DNA from: Nitrospirota bacterium
GTDB lineage: Bacteria > Nitrospirota > Nitrospiria > Nitrospirales > NS-4
Reading direction: 5' to 3'
Assembly: GCA_005877615.1 (NCBI GenBank)
Contig: VBOD01000109.1
Span: 1 to 62,133 of the forward strand
Length of the DNA: 62,133 bases
Under the pieces are notes generated by a model. The model was not told the DNA's origin, searched no databases, and saw nothing but the letters and a program-made list of their open reading frames with translations. The translations under genes and the position numbers were made by a program. Positions 10,689 through 21,477 of the stretch are shown here, one piece after another (positions within the stretch are counted from its first letter, which is position 1; each line of letters starts with the position of its first letter).

Positions 10689-11879
10689 CTATCGCCGCCG
10701 GGCCAGCCAAGCCAGCGGATCCAAGGCTTGACCGCGTTGCCGCAACTCAAAATACAGGGTATTCTCCCCGGTCAGCCCTGTATCCCCGATCTCCCCGATC
10801 GGCTGGTTGGACCGGACGGTTTCTCCCACGTTCACCAGCAGCTTGGAGGCATGGGCGTACAGGGAGAAAAACCCTTCCCCATGGTCCACAATCGTGAGGA
10901 GTCCATAGCCCCGCATCCAATCCGCAAAGGCCACCACCCCGTCGGCGACCGACCGGATGACGCTGCCTTGCGCGGCCCGGATCTCAATCCCCTTCCGTTG
11001 CACATACGTGTTGAACTTCGGGTGCTTCTGCCGCCCGAACAACGCCACCACATCTCCGTCGCTGGGCCAGTTGAGCCGGCCCTTGAAGCGTCCCAGTCCT
11101 GCGCCGGCCGGCTGGGCGCGAACCGAGGCGGCCGCTCGGCGGCGCGCCTCGAATCCCCGGAGGAGGCCCTCGATGCGCTGCGCGGACTTCTCCAACTCAC
11201 CGACGGCCCGTTCATAGACGACCTTCTCGCTCCGTACCCGGCCCAGGAGCCGGTCTTTCTTGGCTCGCTCTTCTCGAAGGGCCGCCAGCGTGGTGGTGAT
11301 CTCCCGCTGGTATCCCCGGAGTTCCCCCCGGACCTGCAACAGATGCACCTCCGTCGTCTCGAGCCGCGCGTGATCGACCCGATGGCCCTCGAGCAACTGG
11401 TACTCCCGTCGCGAGATCCAGCGTAACGACGCTGACCGGGCCAACAAGTCATTGTACCCGCTCGACGCTAGCAAAAGCTTCAACTGCCCGTTCGGCCCTT
11501 CCTTGTACATCACCCGCAACCGGCTGCGGATCGAATCCTCCCGCTGGGCAATCCGCTCCCGGAGACGCTGGAGAGAGGCGTTTGCGTCCGCGATTTCACG
11601 GTCCTTCGCTCTGAGGTTGGCGTTCACGGCAACCAAGTCCTCGCGGCGAAGCTTGACCCGGTGGTCCGCCTCCTCGATTTGCTGCAGCACCGAGGCTTCT
11701 TTGCGCTGGGCCTCCTCCGTTTTCCGTTTCTTGTCCTTGATTTCCCCCTTCAGTTTCTCCAGCGACTGGCGCTCCTTCTTGATCTTCTCGGAGAGCGGCT
11801 CCTTGCGTTCGGACGGCGCAGCCAGCACGGACGCGCTTACCGCCAGCACAGCCAGCATCACCAGCGTCACACCACGCAT
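10689..11879 (-). CDS. Coiled-coil M23 peptidase-domain protein (EnvC-like murein hydrolase activator)
   Basis: Signal peptide MRGVTLVMLAVLAVSASVLA, a long coiled coil and a C-terminal M23 region (GIEIRAAQGSVIRSVADGVV...HASKLLVNVGETV...GDTG). The ATG overlaps the ftsX stop as TGATG. Confidence 0.82.
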   Translation of the reverse strand: MRGVTLVMLAVLAVSASVLAAPSERKEPLSEKIKKERQSLEKLKGEIKDKKRKTEEAQRKEASVLQQIEEADHRVKLRREDLVAVNANLRAKDREIADANASLQRLRERIAQREDSIRSRLRVMYKEGPNGQLKLLLASSGYNDLLARSASLRWISRREYQLLEGHRVDHARLETTEVHLLQVRGELRGYQREITTTLAALREERAKKDRLLGRVRSEKVVYERAVGELEKSAQRIEGLLRGFEARRRAAASVRAQPAGAGLGRFKGRLNWPSDGDVVALFGRQKHPKFNTYVQRKGIEIRAAQGSVIRSVADGVVAFADWMRGYGLLTIVDHGEGFFSLYAHASKLLVNVGETVRSNQPIGEIGDTGLTGENTLYFELRQRGQALDPLAWLARRR

Positions 11880-12778
11880 CAACTCCTCGCCCCGCGCAGC
11901 TGGAACAAGGAGACCACACTCCCCAGGCACCCCAGCATGATCCCCAGCAGCAGGAACGCGACCGTCACGCGGTCCGGCAAGAACACCAGCCCGCGTCCGA
12001 TGCCCCAGAAGGTCCCCCTGAGGGCCAGCTTGGCCTCCGCCAGCCCGAACAGGGTCCGCAAGAGGAAGAGCGAGCAGAGCGCGCCCACGCCCCCCAACAG
12101 CGCCCCTTCGAGCACAAATGGGGTCTTGATGAAGGCCGTCGTGGCGCCGATCAGCTTCATGATCTCGATCTCATCCCGCCGCGCATGCAGCGTCAACCGG
12201 ATCGTATTGGCCAGGATCGTCACCATGGACGCGGCCAACACGGTGCCGATGCCCAGCCCCAGGACTTCCAAATACCGCAGCGCCACGGCGAGGTTCTCGA
12301 TCCAGTCCTGACTATAGAGCACCTCTTCGGTCTCAGACAGCGCGTTCAGTTTCTGGACCAGCGCGCGGACCTGCTCCGACGAACGATAGGCCGGACTGAC
12401 CTTGATGACGAGGGACGCCGGGAAGGGATTGTCCCCCAGCCCGCTGAGCAGCCGCTCTTCCGAGGGGAACTGCGCCCGGAACGTGGCCAGCGCCTGCTCC
12501 CGCGAAACGTACTCGATCCCCGCGACGGCCGAATCCTGCCCGATCTCTGCGCGCACGCGCGACACGGCCTGCGGCGACACCACGTCCCGGAGGTAGACGA
12601 TGACTTTGATCTCCTCACGCAAGGAGCCCAGGGCCTCCTGCACGTTCAGGTAGACGAGCAGGAACACCCCCATCGCCAGCATGGTGAACGTCGTGGTAGC
12701 CAACGCCACGAACGTGGTGGTCCGGTTGGACTTGATGTTGTCCACCGCCTCGTGGAGTAGATAGCGCAACCGCGTCAT
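11879..12778 (-). CDS. ftsX: Cell-division ABC transporter permease FtsX
   Basis: MTRLRYLLHEAVDNIKSNRTTTF followed by four TM segments. The ATG overlaps the ftsE stop as ATGA. Confidence 0.88.
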   Translation of the reverse strand: MTRLRYLLHEAVDNIKSNRTTTFVALATTTFTMLAMGVFLLVYLNVQEALGSLREEIKVIVYLRDVVSPQAVSRVRAEIGQDSAVAGIEYVSREQALATFRAQFPSEERLLSGLGDNPFPASLVIKVSPAYRSSEQVRALVQKLNALSETEEVLYSQDWIENLAVALRYLEVLGLGIGTVLAASMVTILANTIRLTLHARRDEIEIMKLIGATTAFIKTPFVLEGALLGGVGALCSLFLLRTLFGLAEAKLALRGTFWGIGRGLVFLPDRVTVAFLLLGIMLGCLGSVVSLFQLRGARS

Positions 12779-13443
12779 GCCTCGGGATACCCATCCTCCG
12801 CCACGCGCCCCTGTTCCAGCCGCATGACGCGGCGGCGCCACCGCCGCAGCAGATCCCGGTTGTGCGTGGCGAGGACCACGGTGGTGCCGCGCGCGTTGAC
12901 GGACTTCATGAGCTCCAGGATCTCTCCCGACAGGTCCGCGTCCAGGTTGCCCGTGGGCTCATCCGCCAGGAGGATCTGCGGATCATTGACGATCGCGCGC
13001 GCCAGGCACACCCGTTGCTGCTCCCCGACGGAGAGTGTCATCGGCATGGCGTCTAGCTTGTGCCCCAGCCCAACCCCGCCGAGCGTCTCGGCCACCTTCA
13101 CCCGCAGCACTCCTTCCGGCACGCCGCTGACCTTCAAGGCCAGCGCGACGTTCTCGAAGACCGTTTTCTTCAGCAGGAGCCGGAAATCCTGAAACACGAA
13201 CCCGATCATCCGATGCAGGTAGGGGATTTCGGACTCTCTGATGTGCAACAGGTTCCGGTTGTTCACCAAGATCTGCCCTTTATCAGGGGCGTCCGCACGG
13301 AAGATCAATCGGAGGAGCGTCGTCTTGCCGGCTCCGCTGGGTCCGGTGAGAAAGACAAACTCCCCCTTGCCGATCTTGAAACTGACGTCTTGGAGGGCCG
13401 GCCACCCGCTATAGGCCTTGGAGACATGATAGAACTCGATCAT
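12775..13443 (-). CDS. ftsE: Cell-division ATP-binding protein FtsE
   Basis: 222 aa with Walker A GPSGAGKTT, signature LSVGEQQR and Walker B ILLADEPTGNLD. Confidence 0.95.
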   Translation of the reverse strand: MIEFYHVSKAYSGWPALQDVSFKIGKGEFVFLTGPSGAGKTTLLRLIFRADAPDKGQILVNNRNLLHIRESEIPYLHRMIGFVFQDFRLLLKKTVFENVALALKVSGVPEGVLRVKVAETLGGVGLGHKLDAMPMTLSVGEQQRVCLARAIVNDPQILLADEPTGNLDADLSGEILELMKSVNARGTTVVLATHNRDLLRRWRRRVMRLEQGRVAEDGYPEA

Positions 13444-13829
13444 GCGGACGTGCGGGTCTCCGGCATCTCGAATGCGCCTGGCAGCAGCTCGATCCGCTGG
13501 GTCTTGGGATCAGCGCCCCAGATCAGCACGACGTCGAACCGGCACGTCCGGTCACCGACCCGCCGCCACGCCAGATACTGCTGGGCGAGCCGAGCGATCC
13601 GGGCCTGCTTGGCACGGGTGATGGCAGCCGCAGGCCCGCCGAACCGGTCGTCGAGCCGGACTTTCACTTCGACGAACACCAGGATCCGGCCATCTTCCGC
13701 AATGAGGTCGATTTCCCCGCGCCGCGTCCGGTAGTTGCGTTCCAGGATCCGGTAACCGCGGGCTTCCAGAAACCGGGACGCCACGCGCTCGCCTTCTGCC
13801 CCCAGCACGCTACGCCCGGTCATGGCCAC
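13440..13829 (-). CDS. yraN: YraN-family (UPF0102) endonuclease-like protein
   Basis: GERVASRFLEARGYRILERNYRTRRGEIDLIAEDGRILVFVEVKVR. It sits downstream of rnhB, as in many bacteria. Confidence 0.8.
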   Translation of the reverse strand: MAMTGRSVLGAEGERVASRFLEARGYRILERNYRTRRGEIDLIAEDGRILVFVEVKVRLDDRFGGPAAAITRAKQARIARLAQQYLAWRRVGDRTCRFDVVLIWGADPKTQRIELLPGAFEMPETRTSA

Positions 13830-14439
13830 CCGCTCCTTCCACGACCGGCCGAAAACTGCGCCGGTGCAACTTACAGGGCCCGTAGCGCGCCAACTGCCGC
13901 AGGTGTTCGGCAGTCCCGTATCCCTTGTGTGTGAGAAACCCGTACTGGGGGTAGCAGACGTGGGCCCTCGCCATGAGCCGATCCCGGAGAACCTTCGCGA
14001 CGACGGACGCCGCGGCGATGGAGAGGCTCAACCGGTCGCCCTTGATGACCGCACGCTGCTCGATGGGAAACGACGGGAGGATGATCGCATCGAGGAGGAG
14101 ATAATCCGGTGGAGGCGTGAGGTGCTGCACCGCCTGGGCCATCGCAAGTCGCGTCGCTTCAAGGATGTTCACCGCGTCGATGACCTCGGCCTCCACAACC
14201 CCCACACCGATATCGAGAGCTCCCGCAAGGAGCTGCCCGTAGAGATGCTCGCGCTGGGCCTCGCTTAGGAGCTTCGAATCTCGCAAGCCAGCCAGGCGGT
14301 ATCGGCGGGGCAAGATGACTGCCGCCGCAACGACCGGACCGGCCAAGGGGCCTCGTCCCGCCTCATCTACCCCGGCGACGCGCCGAAACCCGCGCGCCCA
14401 CGCCTCGCATTCAAAGAGGTCGTTGGGGTCCAGCGACAC
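13810..14439 (-). CDS. rnhB: Ribonuclease HII
   Basis: 209 aa with VAGVDEAGRGPLAGPVVAAAV, DSKLLS and ASVVAKV motifs. Confidence 0.92.
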   Translation of the reverse strand: MSLDPNDLFECEAWARGFRRVAGVDEAGRGPLAGPVVAAAVILPRRYRLAGLRDSKLLSEAQREHLYGQLLAGALDIGVGVVEAEVIDAVNILEATRLAMAQAVQHLTPPPDYLLLDAIILPSFPIEQRAVIKGDRLSLSIAAASVVAKVLRDRLMARAHVCYPQYGFLTHKGYGTAEHLRQLARYGPCKLHRRSFRPVVEGAGGHDRA

Positions 14440-14454
14440 GCGACTCCGTCGGCC

Positions 14455-14871
14455 TCAGACGCCGGCCTTGACGGTCGCCGGCTCTGCGGCGACGGCCGGA
14501 GCCTCCGGCTTGGGCTTGCCCTCCGTCAGGTATTCCCGCTCTGCCACCCTGGCCGTCTTGCCCTTCTTCCCACGGAGGTAGTACAACTTGGCCCGCCGGA
14601 CACGCCCCTGCCGCACAACGTCGATGCGTTCCATCACCGGCGAGTGAAGGGGAAAGATCCGCTCGACGCCGACGCCGTAGGATAGTTTCCGGACCGTGAA
14701 GGTCTCCGCGTTCTGTCCGCCCTTGCGACTGATGACTACGCCTTCAAACACCTGCACGCGTTCCTTCTCGCCCTCCATGACTCGCACGTGAACCCGGACC
14801 GTGTCCCCGATCTCAAAGGCCGGCACATTTTTCTTGACCAACGTCGCATTCAACCGCTGCAGCCGATTCAT
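14455..14871 (-). CDS. rplS: 50S ribosomal protein L19 (with about 25-aa C-terminal extension)
   Basis: [42 protein letters not shown] and RRAKLYYLR. Confidence 0.95.
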   Translation of the reverse strand: MNRLQRLNATLVKKNVPAFEIGDTVRVHVRVMEGEKERVQVFEGVVISRKGGQNAETFTVRKLSYGVGVERIFPLHSPVMERIDVVRQGRVRRAKLYYLRGKKGKTARVAEREYLTEGKPKPEAPAVAAEPATVKAGV

Positions 14872-14904
14872 GACCGTCTCTCCTCTCTCTTTCCTGCTCG
14901 CCCG

Positions 14905-15657
14905 TCAGGCGTCGCCTCCGCGCGAGAACTGGTTCAACACTTGCCGATCTTCCGGCGTCAACGCCGCCCGTTCCAACAAGTCAGGCCGCTTGGCATAGGT
15001 GTTCAACAGGGACTGGGCCCGCCGCCACGCCTGGATGGCCCGATGGTCCCCGGAACGAAGGACTTCCGGCACCTCCATCCCCCGGAAGACGGGCGGGCGG
15101 GTATAGTGGGGGTAATCCAGCAGCGAATCGCCGAATGAGTCGGCCTCCGCGGACTGCTGGTCTCCCAGCACACCCGGGATCAGACGCGCCGCCGCGTCCA
15201 CAACGATCAACGCCGCCAGTTCGCCCCCGGTCAGGACGTAATCGCCGACGGACAGCTCCTCCGGAGCCAGCCCCATTCTAACCCGCTCGTCGATCCCTTC
15301 GTAGTGCCCGCAGATGAAGACCGCGCGCCGCGTCTCCGCGGCGAACTCGGCTGCCACGGCCTGGGTAAATGTGCGCCCCTGTGGCGTCATCAGCACAAGC
15401 CGCACGTCGCCGTGCCGAGCACGCAGATCCTCCACGGCACGGAAGACAGGCTCGGGCTTGATCACCATCCCCGCGCCTCCCCCGTAGGGATAGTCATCGG
15501 CAACCTTGTGCCGTCCCTCCGCATAGTCCCGCAAGTTCACCGCGCGGACCTCCAGGAGGCCCTTCTCCCGGGCGCGTCCGAGGATGCTGGCGCTCAACAC
15601 GGCCTCCACCGTATCGGGAAACAAGGTAAGGATGTCACACTTCATGGTCTGACACAT
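14905..15657 (-). CDS. trmD: tRNA (guanine37-N1)-methyltransferase
   Basis: [22 protein letters not shown] and SVGDYVLTGGELAA motifs. The start may be ATG 15645. Confidence 0.95.
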   Translation of the reverse strand: MCQTMKCDILTLFPDTVEAVLSASILGRAREKGLLEVRAVNLRDYAEGRHKVADDYPYGGGAGMVIKPEPVFRAVEDLRARHGDVRLVLMTPQGRTFTQAVAAEFAAETRRAVFICGHYEGIDERVRMGLAPEELSVGDYVLTGGELAALIVVDAAARLIPGVLGDQQSAEADSFGDSLLDYPHYTRPPVFRGMEVPEVLRSGDHRAIQAWRRAQSLLNTYAKRPDLLERAALTPEDRQVLNQFSRGGDA

Positions 15658-16195
15658 CCTCTAAGAGTCCTGCTATCCGGCGGATGGTCATCAGTCGGCC
15701 CGGCACATCCACTGCTCGGACCACCTCTCGGGTCGCGGGAATGAGATGTTCCTTCCCCGCAGCTCCGCGCACCACGAAGACGGCATTGGCACCGGTCGGC
15801 AGGATCTCCGTCAGCTCCCCGACCAGCGCCCCGTCTTCCGTCTGGACGGCCATCCTCAGTAGATCGCGTTCGAAATATCGCCCGTCCGGCAAGAGCGCCG
15901 ACGGCTCCGCCTCGATCTGGAGCCAGCACCCGATCAGCGACGCCGCGGCTTCGGGTGTGGTGATCCCCTCAAAGGCGACAAGATAGTCGCCGGCCGCGCG
16001 CCGCGAGGCCCGGACGGCCAGTTCCAGGAGCGCTCCATGCCGATCAGCCGCGAGGACCCGCTCCAGCGTCTCAAACCGGCCCGGCACATCGGAGAGGGAC
16101 TGCACCTTGACCTCTCCGCACAGCCCGTGCACGCGCGTGACCTTCCCGATGGTCACCAACCGGCGCGTGTCTATTCCAGGATTTCCAACACGCAT
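15635..16195 (-). CDS. rimM: 16S rRNA processing protein RimM
   Basis: 186 aa with [18 protein letters not shown] and a PRC-barrel-like C-terminus. It occupies the conserved position between the KH protein and trmD. Confidence 0.85.
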   Translation of the reverse strand: MRVGNPGIDTRRLVTIGKVTRVHGLCGEVKVQSLSDVPGRFETLERVLAADRHGALLELAVRASRRAAGDYLVAFEGITTPEAAASLIGCWLQIEAEPSALLPDGRYFERDLLRMAVQTEDGALVGELTEILPTGANAVFVVRGAAGKEHLIPATREVVRAVDVPGRLMTIRRIAGLLEDVSDHEV

Positions 16196-16410
16196 CGTTT
16201 CCCCAACTTCGTTCCGGCCGCATTCAAGATCGTCCGCATCGATTGTGCCGTCCGTCCCTGTTTCCCGATCACTTTGCCAAGGTCATCCTGCGCGACCCGT
16301 AGCTCGATGATCGTCGTCTTCTCTCCATCCGTCTCCTGAACAGACACGGCATCAGGTTTATCCACCAGGGCTTTCGCCATGTGTTCGATCAGCGCCTTGA
16401 GTTCGTCCAT
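16171..16410 (-). CDS. KH-domain RNA-binding protein (YlqC/UPF0109 type)
   Basis: [22 protein letters not shown]...[19 protein letters not shown]. Start trimmed to ATG 16410. It lies between rpsP and rimM. Confidence 0.8.
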   Translation of the reverse strand: MDELKALIEHMAKALVDKPDAVSVQETDGEKTTIIELRVAQDDLGKVIGKQGRTAQSMRTILNAAGTKLGKRCVLEILE

Positions 16411-16451
16411 CGCCGCACCTCCCGGCTGGGATGCGGAGACCAAGATGGCAC

Positions 16452-16721
16452 CTACGCCTTAGCGGGCGCCACCTTCGACGGCTTCAGCACACCAGCCTTG
16501 CGCAACAGGTTCAGGACTGTGACCGACGGTTGCGCGCCTTTTTTTAGCCATTCCAGCACTCGCTCCTGCTTGAGCGCGACAGCAGCCGGCGTCTTCAATG
16601 GGTCGTACGTGCCCAGGACTTCGATGTACCGCCCGTCCCTCGGCATCCTGGAATCCGCCGCCACAATTCGAAAGAAGGGCCGCTTCCTACGGCCCCTTCG
16701 CGTGAGTCTCAATCGCACCAC
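16452..16721 (-). CDS. rpsP: 30S ribosomal protein S16
   Basis: [41 protein letters not shown]. Confidence 0.96.
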   Translation of the reverse strand: MVRLRLTRRGRRKRPFFRIVAADSRMPRDGRYIEVLGTYDPLKTPAAVALKQERVLEWLKKGAQPSVTVLNLLRKAGVLKPSKVAPAKA

Positions 16722-16762
16722 GTGTGTCCTCCCCTCTTCTCTGGGTTAGTAAGTATGAACTC

Positions 16763-18109
16763 CTACGAGAACGTCCGTGCCGACCGGCCGAGCCATTGAC
16801 GGCCGCCGTGTCCGGACAACATCTTCATCATCTTGCGGGCCTCCAAGTACTGTTTAATCAGCCGGTTCACGTCCTGCACGCTGGTCCCGCTGCCCTTGGC
16901 GACCCGTTGCTTGCGGCTGCCGTTAAGCAGCGTGGGGTCGCGCCGCTCCCGCGGGGTCATCGAGTCGATGATCGCCACCATGCGCCCGACTTCCTGGTCC
17001 TTACCCGGCATCGAGCCTGCCGTCAATTCTTTCAGGCGCTGCCCGCCAGGCAACATGTCCAGGACCTGTTCCAAGGAGCCCAGCTTGGTGACCTGCTTGA
17101 GTTGGTCCCGAAAGTCCTCGAGCGTCAGGGTGTCTGCGTGCAGTTTCCGGGCCATCGCCTCGGCCTGGTCCCGATCGACCACCTCCTGCGCCTTCTCGAT
17201 CAGCGACAGGACATCGCCCATCCCCAGAATGCGCGATGCCATCCTGTCCGGGTGGAAGGGCTCCAAGGCGTCCAGTTGCTCGCCCGTGCCGAGAAACTTG
17301 ATCGGCTTGCCGGTGACGGCCTTGATCGAAAGCACCGCTCCGCCACGGGCATCCCCTTCCGTTTTGGTCAGGATCACCCCCGTCAGCCCCACGCGCCGGT
17401 CGAACTGCTCGGCCATGGTGACCGCATCCTGCCCGATCATCGCATCGGCGACCAACAGCACTTCGTGCGGCGAGATCTTGGCGCGAATCGCCACCAGTTC
17501 GTCCATCAACTCATCATCGATGTGGAGGCGCCCCCCCGTATCAAGAATCGCCACGTCAAAACCCTGGGTGCGGGCCCGCTCGACCCCATGCACACAGGCG
17601 GAGACAGCATCCACGCCCGGCGCGTCGGCTCGATGCACCGGTACGTCGAGCGCCGCTCCCAAGACCACCAGTTGCTCCACCGCCGCCGGCCGCCGCGGAT
17701 CGGCCGCCACCAGCAGGACGCGCTTACCGTTCGTTTTGAAATGCAGCGCCAGCTTGCCGCAGGTGGTCGTCTTCCCCGCACCCTGAAGACCCACCACCAT
17801 GATGACGGTGGGAGGCATCGAGGAGAGGGCCAGTCCCACCTGATGCTGTCCCATGAGGGCCCGGAGTTCCTCCCAGACGATTTTCACCACCTGGTGCCCA
17901 GGCGTCAGGCTCTGCAGCACCTCCTGGCCGATCGCCTTGACACGGATCCGCTCGATGAATTCCTTGACGATCTTGAAGTGGACGTCGGCCTCGAGGAGTG
18001 CCAGTCGCACCTCCTTGAGCGCCTCGGAAATCGCGGCCTCGGTCAGGACGCCGTGGCCCCGGAGCCGCTTCAGAATCCCGTCAAGTTTGGCTGCAAGGGT
18101 GCTGAGCAC
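16763..18109 (-). CDS. ffh: Signal recognition particle protein Ffh
   Basis: 448 aa with GLQGAGKTTT, DTGGR, and an M-domain with a Met-rich C-terminus. I checked the GTG start by hand. Confidence 0.97.
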   Translation of the reverse strand: MLSTLAAKLDGILKRLRGHGVLTEAAISEALKEVRLALLEADVHFKIVKEFIERIRVKAIGQEVLQSLTPGHQVVKIVWEELRALMGQHQVGLALSSMPPTVIMVVGLQGAGKTTTCGKLALHFKTNGKRVLLVAADPRRPAAVEQLVVLGAALDVPVHRADAPGVDAVSACVHGVERARTQGFDVAILDTGGRLHIDDELMDELVAIRAKISPHEVLLVADAMIGQDAVTMAEQFDRRVGLTGVILTKTEGDARGGAVLSIKAVTGKPIKFLGTGEQLDALEPFHPDRMASRILGMGDVLSLIEKAQEVVDRDQAEAMARKLHADTLTLEDFRDQLKQVTKLGSLEQVLDMLPGGQRLKELTAGSMPGKDQEVGRMVAIIDSMTPRERRDPTLLNGSRKQRVAKGSGTSVQDVNRLIKQYLEARKMMKMLSGHGGRQWLGRSARTFS

Positions 18110-18154
18110 AAACGCTCCTATTTTATTGAAAAATCATAAAGATTTTGAATTGTA

Positions 18155-18184
18155 AGTCTACCGGACCCGCGTCGGAACTGTCAA
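18155..18184 (-). promoter_or_regulatory. Candidate sigma70-type promoter for ffh operon
   Basis: The minus strand reads TTGACA-18 nt-TAGACT. An AT-rich leader and an AGGAG RBS follow. Confidence 0.35.
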
Positions 18185-18296
18185 GGCGATTCCGGCACCG
18201 TAGCCTCAGGAACTACCCTGTGGGCTTGTGCTTTCGGCCACACTGCGACTGGTGACTGCAGACTGATATTTATTGCTGTTGGCATAGGATTGGGGC

Positions 18297-18326
18297 TTGA
18301 CTTCCAGGGAAGTTCCCTAGTAGAGT
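18297..18326 (+). promoter_or_regulatory. Candidate promoter for the DUF4321-like gene
   Basis: TTGACT-18 nt-TAGAGT. It lies downstream of the ORF-track TTG start at 18290, which argues for the later GTG start. Confidence 0.3.
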
Positions 18327-18373
18327 GCGCCGACGTAACGGCCTTTCTCAAACCCAACACGCGAGATCGAGGC

Positions 18374-18634
18374 GTGCGTAAATCCCCCTGGATCCTGATC
18401 ACCTGCGTTGTGGTGGGCGGTCTTTTCGGCAGCTTACTCGGGGAAATTCTGCTCGCGGCGTTCAAGCCCGGCGTCATCCAGAACGTCTTCACTCAGTCCG
18501 TGAGTGTAGGTATCGATCCCCCGTTCAAAGTCGGTCTCTGGATGCTGACAATCAGCGCGGGGTTCACCCTGAAGATGAACCTCCTCACCTTCATCGGCAT
18601 CTTGCTGGGCGTCTTCGTGTATAAACAAATTTAA
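18374..18634 (+). CDS. Small two-TM membrane protein, DUF4321-like
   Basis: VRKSPWILITCVVVGGLFGSLLGEIL...LTISAGFTLKMNLLTFIGILLGVFVYKQI matches the DUF4321 pattern as I recall it. The start is uncertain (ORF track gives 18290). Confidence 0.6.
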   Translation: MRKSPWILITCVVVGGLFGSLLGEILLAAFKPGVIQNVFTQSVSVGIDPPFKVGLWMLTISAGFTLKMNLLTFIGILLGVFVYKQI

Positions 18635-18689
18635 ACGTACGGGCGGACCTATGTACCTGTCCGTCCCATCGTGCCCGCCCGAAAATACA

Positions 18690-18711
18690 GGGCGCACACG
18701 CAGGTGCGCCC
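18690..18711 (-). terminator. Candidate intrinsic terminator after uvrB
   Basis: gggcgcac-acgcag-gtgcgccc is an 8-bp GC stem immediately after the uvrB stop. The minus strand then reads TGTATTTTC. Confidence 0.45.
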
Positions 18712-20715
18712 CTACTCCTTGATCCCCAGCTCCAACGCCTGACGCTTGAACGCCTTGATCTGGTCGCGGATTTGCGCCGCGCGCTCGAAGGCCAGCTCCC
18801 TAGCCGCGGCTTTCATCTCCGCCTCCAGGCGCTTCAACACCGGACCCAGGTTCCCGTCAAACTGATAGGCCGGCGCCTGCTCAGCAGCGATGGGGACGGT
18901 CACATAATCGCTCTCCGAGACTTCGTACAACGTCTTGGGAATGCCCTTCTTGATCGTTTCCGGCGTGATGCCGTGCTCCCGATTGAACCCTTCCTGTAAT
19001 GAGCGGCGGCGCGTCGTCACCTCGATCGTCCGCTTCATGGACTGGGTCATGATATCTCCGTAGAGGATGACCGCGCCGTTCACGTTCCGGGCCGCGCGGC
19101 CGGCCGTCTGGATCAGGGAGCGCTCGGACCGGAGATACCCCTCCTTATCCGCATCCAGAATCGCCACGAGCGAGACCTCGGGGATGTCGAGACCTTCCCG
19201 CAAGAGATTGATGCCGATCAGCACATCGAACACCCCTCGGCGCAGATCGCGGATGATCTCGGTGCGCTCCAGCGTGTCGATGTCCGAGTGAAGGTACCGC
19301 ACCCGGACGCCAAGGTCGTGGTAGTACTCGGTCAGGTCTTCGGCCATCCGCTTGGTGAGCGTCGTGACCAGCACCCGGTCTCCCCGCGACACCCGGACTT
19401 TGAGCTCGCCCAACAGGTCGTCCACCTGCCCCTTGGCCGGCCGCACCGTGATCTCGGGATCCATCAGGCCCGTGGGCCGGATGACCTGCTCAATCACACG
19501 GCCTCCGGCTCTTTCCAACTCATAGGGGCCGGGGGTGGCCGACACGTAGATCGCCTGATTGACGCACTGTTCGAATTCGGCGAAGTTCAACGGCCGGTTG
19601 TCGAACGCCGACGGCAGCCTGAACCCGTACTCCACCAGGCTCTTCTTCCGCGAGTAGTCCCCTTCGTGCATGCCTTGCACCTGCGGGATCGTCGCGTGGG
19701 ACTCATCCACGATCAAGAGGTAATCCTTGGGGAAGTAATCGAGGAGCGTCGGCGGGGGCTCGCCCGGCTGCCGGCCGCTCAAGTGCCGCGAATAGTTCTC
19801 GATCCCGTGGCAGTACCCCATCGCCCGGATCATCTCCAGATCGAACCGCGTGCGCTGCTCGATGCGCTGGGCTTCCAGCAACTGGCCGGTCTTCTTGAAG
19901 GAGGCCATCCGCTCTTCCAATTCGGCCTCGATGCCGCTGAGCGCGCGGTCGAACCGGTCCGGCGGGATCAGGTAGTGCGTGTTGGGATACACCGCGACTT
20001 TGGAGAGGCGGCGGAGCGACTTCCCCGTCAGCGGGTCGATCTCGTGGATGGCGTCCACCTGGTCGCCAAAGAGCTCGATGCGCAGGCTTTGGTCCTCCGA
20101 CGCCGCCGGAAAGATCTCTACCACGTCGCCCCGCACCCGGAAGGTCCCGCGGTGAAAGTCGGTATCGTTTCGCTGGTATTGGATCTCCACCAGCTTCTTC
20201 AGGATGGCCTCGCGACGGATCTCCACGCCTTCTTCCAGATAGAGCAGCATGCCGTGGTACACCTCGGGCGAGCCCAGGCCATAGATGCAGGAGACCGACG
20301 CCACGATGATGATGTCATCCCGCTCGAACAGGGAACTGGTCGCCGAGTGCCGCATCCGGTCGATGGCGTCGTTGATCGAGGCGTCTTTGGCGATATACGT
20401 ATCGGTCGAGGGAATGTACGCTTCGGGTTGGTAGTAGTCGTAGTAGCTGACGAAGTACTCCACCGCGTTCTCCGGGAAAAAGCCCTGGAACTCGCGATAG
20501 AGCTGGGCCGCCAGCGTCTTGTTGTGGACGATGACCAGCGTGGGCTTCTGGACCCGCTCGATCACGTTGGCGAGCGTGAAGGTCTTGCCGGACCCGGTCA
20601 CGCCGAGCAACACCTGGTGCGGTAACCCGCGATCGACGCCCGCAGCGAGCGCGTCGATCGCCTGCGGCTGATCCCCTGCCGGCTTAAAGTCTGCGACGAG
20701 CTTGAACTTGCCCAC
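18712..20715 (-). CDS. uvrB: Excinuclease ABC subunit B
   Basis: 667 aa with [16 protein letters not shown], and a C-terminal UVR motif ([14 protein letters not shown]). Confidence 0.98.
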   Translation of the reverse strand: MGKFKLVADFKPAGDQPQAIDALAAGVDRGLPHQVLLGVTGSGKTFTLANVIERVQKPTLVIVHNKTLAAQLYREFQGFFPENAVEYFVSYYDYYQPEAYIPSTDTYIAKDASINDAIDRMRHSATSSLFERDDIIIVASVSCIYGLGSPEVYHGMLLYLEEGVEIRREAILKKLVEIQYQRNDTDFHRGTFRVRGDVVEIFPAASEDQSLRIELFGDQVDAIHEIDPLTGKSLRRLSKVAVYPNTHYLIPPDRFDRALSGIEAELEERMASFKKTGQLLEAQRIEQRTRFDLEMIRAMGYCHGIENYSRHLSGRQPGEPPPTLLDYFPKDYLLIVDESHATIPQVQGMHEGDYSRKKSLVEYGFRLPSAFDNRPLNFAEFEQCVNQAIYVSATPGPYELERAGGRVIEQVIRPTGLMDPEITVRPAKGQVDDLLGELKVRVSRGDRVLVTTLTKRMAEDLTEYYHDLGVRVRYLHSDIDTLERTEIIRDLRRGVFDVLIGINLLREGLDIPEVSLVAILDADKEGYLRSERSLIQTAGRAARNVNGAVILYGDIMTQSMKRTIEVTTRRRSLQEGFNREHGITPETIKKGIPKTLYEVSESDYVTVPIAAEQAPAYQFDGNLGPVLKRLEAEMKAAARELAFERAAQIRDQIKAFKRQALELGIKE

Positions 20716-20744
20716 GGCGACAGCCTACCACAGGGCCACCCGGC

Positions 20745-21455
20745 TTGACGACAGGGTTGGGCCATGTAGAATACGCATCGTTGAACCGTGTCTCCGACCA
20801 GACCCGCGAGCGCGCCGCGTGGTTGACGCTCCTCCCGATCGCTGCCACCTTCACCTATTACACGCTTCCCGTTTCATTCCAACAGAACCTATGGCTCACG
20901 TTCAGTCCCCAACTTCTGGCCTATGCGGCTCTGACCCTATGGGCGTTGGCGAATCCAGAATGGAAGAGCTTCCTGCGATTGAATCGGGTGGGGGTTGGGA
21001 CCAGCCTGAAATGGGGCGCGCTCGTAGGCCTGGCGCTCGGCGCCGTCAATCTCAGTTTCATACTATTGATCATCCCGGCTTTAGGTGGCGATATCCAATT
21101 TCTTCAGGAGACGCCCCACGCCAAAGCGCCGGCCTGGGCTATGTTCCCGGTCGGAATCGCCGTGATCGGAATACTCGTTGAGCTGAACTTCCGGGGATTT
21201 CAGATGGGCCGCCTCCTGACGTTGCTGGGCCAGTCGCCCGCCGGAAAGCTGGGCGCAATCCTCATCGCGGCGCTGGCGTTCTCCTTCGACCCCTTCATGG
21301 TGCGGGTCTTTCATCACCTGCATTGGATCGCTGTGTGGGACGGCCTCGTCTGGGGTTTCCTCCTGTTGCAGACCCGGAGTCTCTATGCCACCATGGCGGC
21401 CCACACGGTGGAAGCGTGGATCCTCTACGCCTGGCTCAAACTCTGGTTCGCGTGA
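20745..21455 (+). CDS. CPBP-family intramembrane glutamic endopeptidase (CAAX protease/Abi-like)
   Basis: Polytopic membrane protein with LVELNFRGF (EExxxR-type motif) and a later H-containing helix (HHLHW...AAHTVEAW). Confidence 0.72.
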   Translation: MTTGLGHVEYASLNRVSDQTRERAAWLTLLPIAATFTYYTLPVSFQQNLWLTFSPQLLAYAALTLWALANPEWKSFLRLNRVGVGTSLKWGALVGLALGAVNLSFILLIIPALGGDIQFLQETPHAKAPAWAMFPVGIAVIGILVELNFRGFQMGRLLTLLGQSPAGKLGAILIAALAFSFDPFMVRVFHHLHWIAVWDGLVWGFLLLQTRSLYATMAAHTVEAWILYAWLKLWFA

Positions 21456-21477
21456 ATCAATTACGAGGAGAACATAA

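Noticed and set aside
14455-14530. C-terminal extension of L19, and similar short tails on TsaE, HIT and NusA.
   Set aside because: These are low-complexity lineage-specific tails on otherwise canonical proteins, with no independent signal.
18185-18296. About 110 nt between the divergent ffh and DUF4321 promoters, considered as a possible small RNA (for example SRP/4.5S RNA next to ffh).
   Set aside because: There is no SRP RNA domain IV motif, no convincing stable hairpin or terminator, and no promoter oriented to express it.
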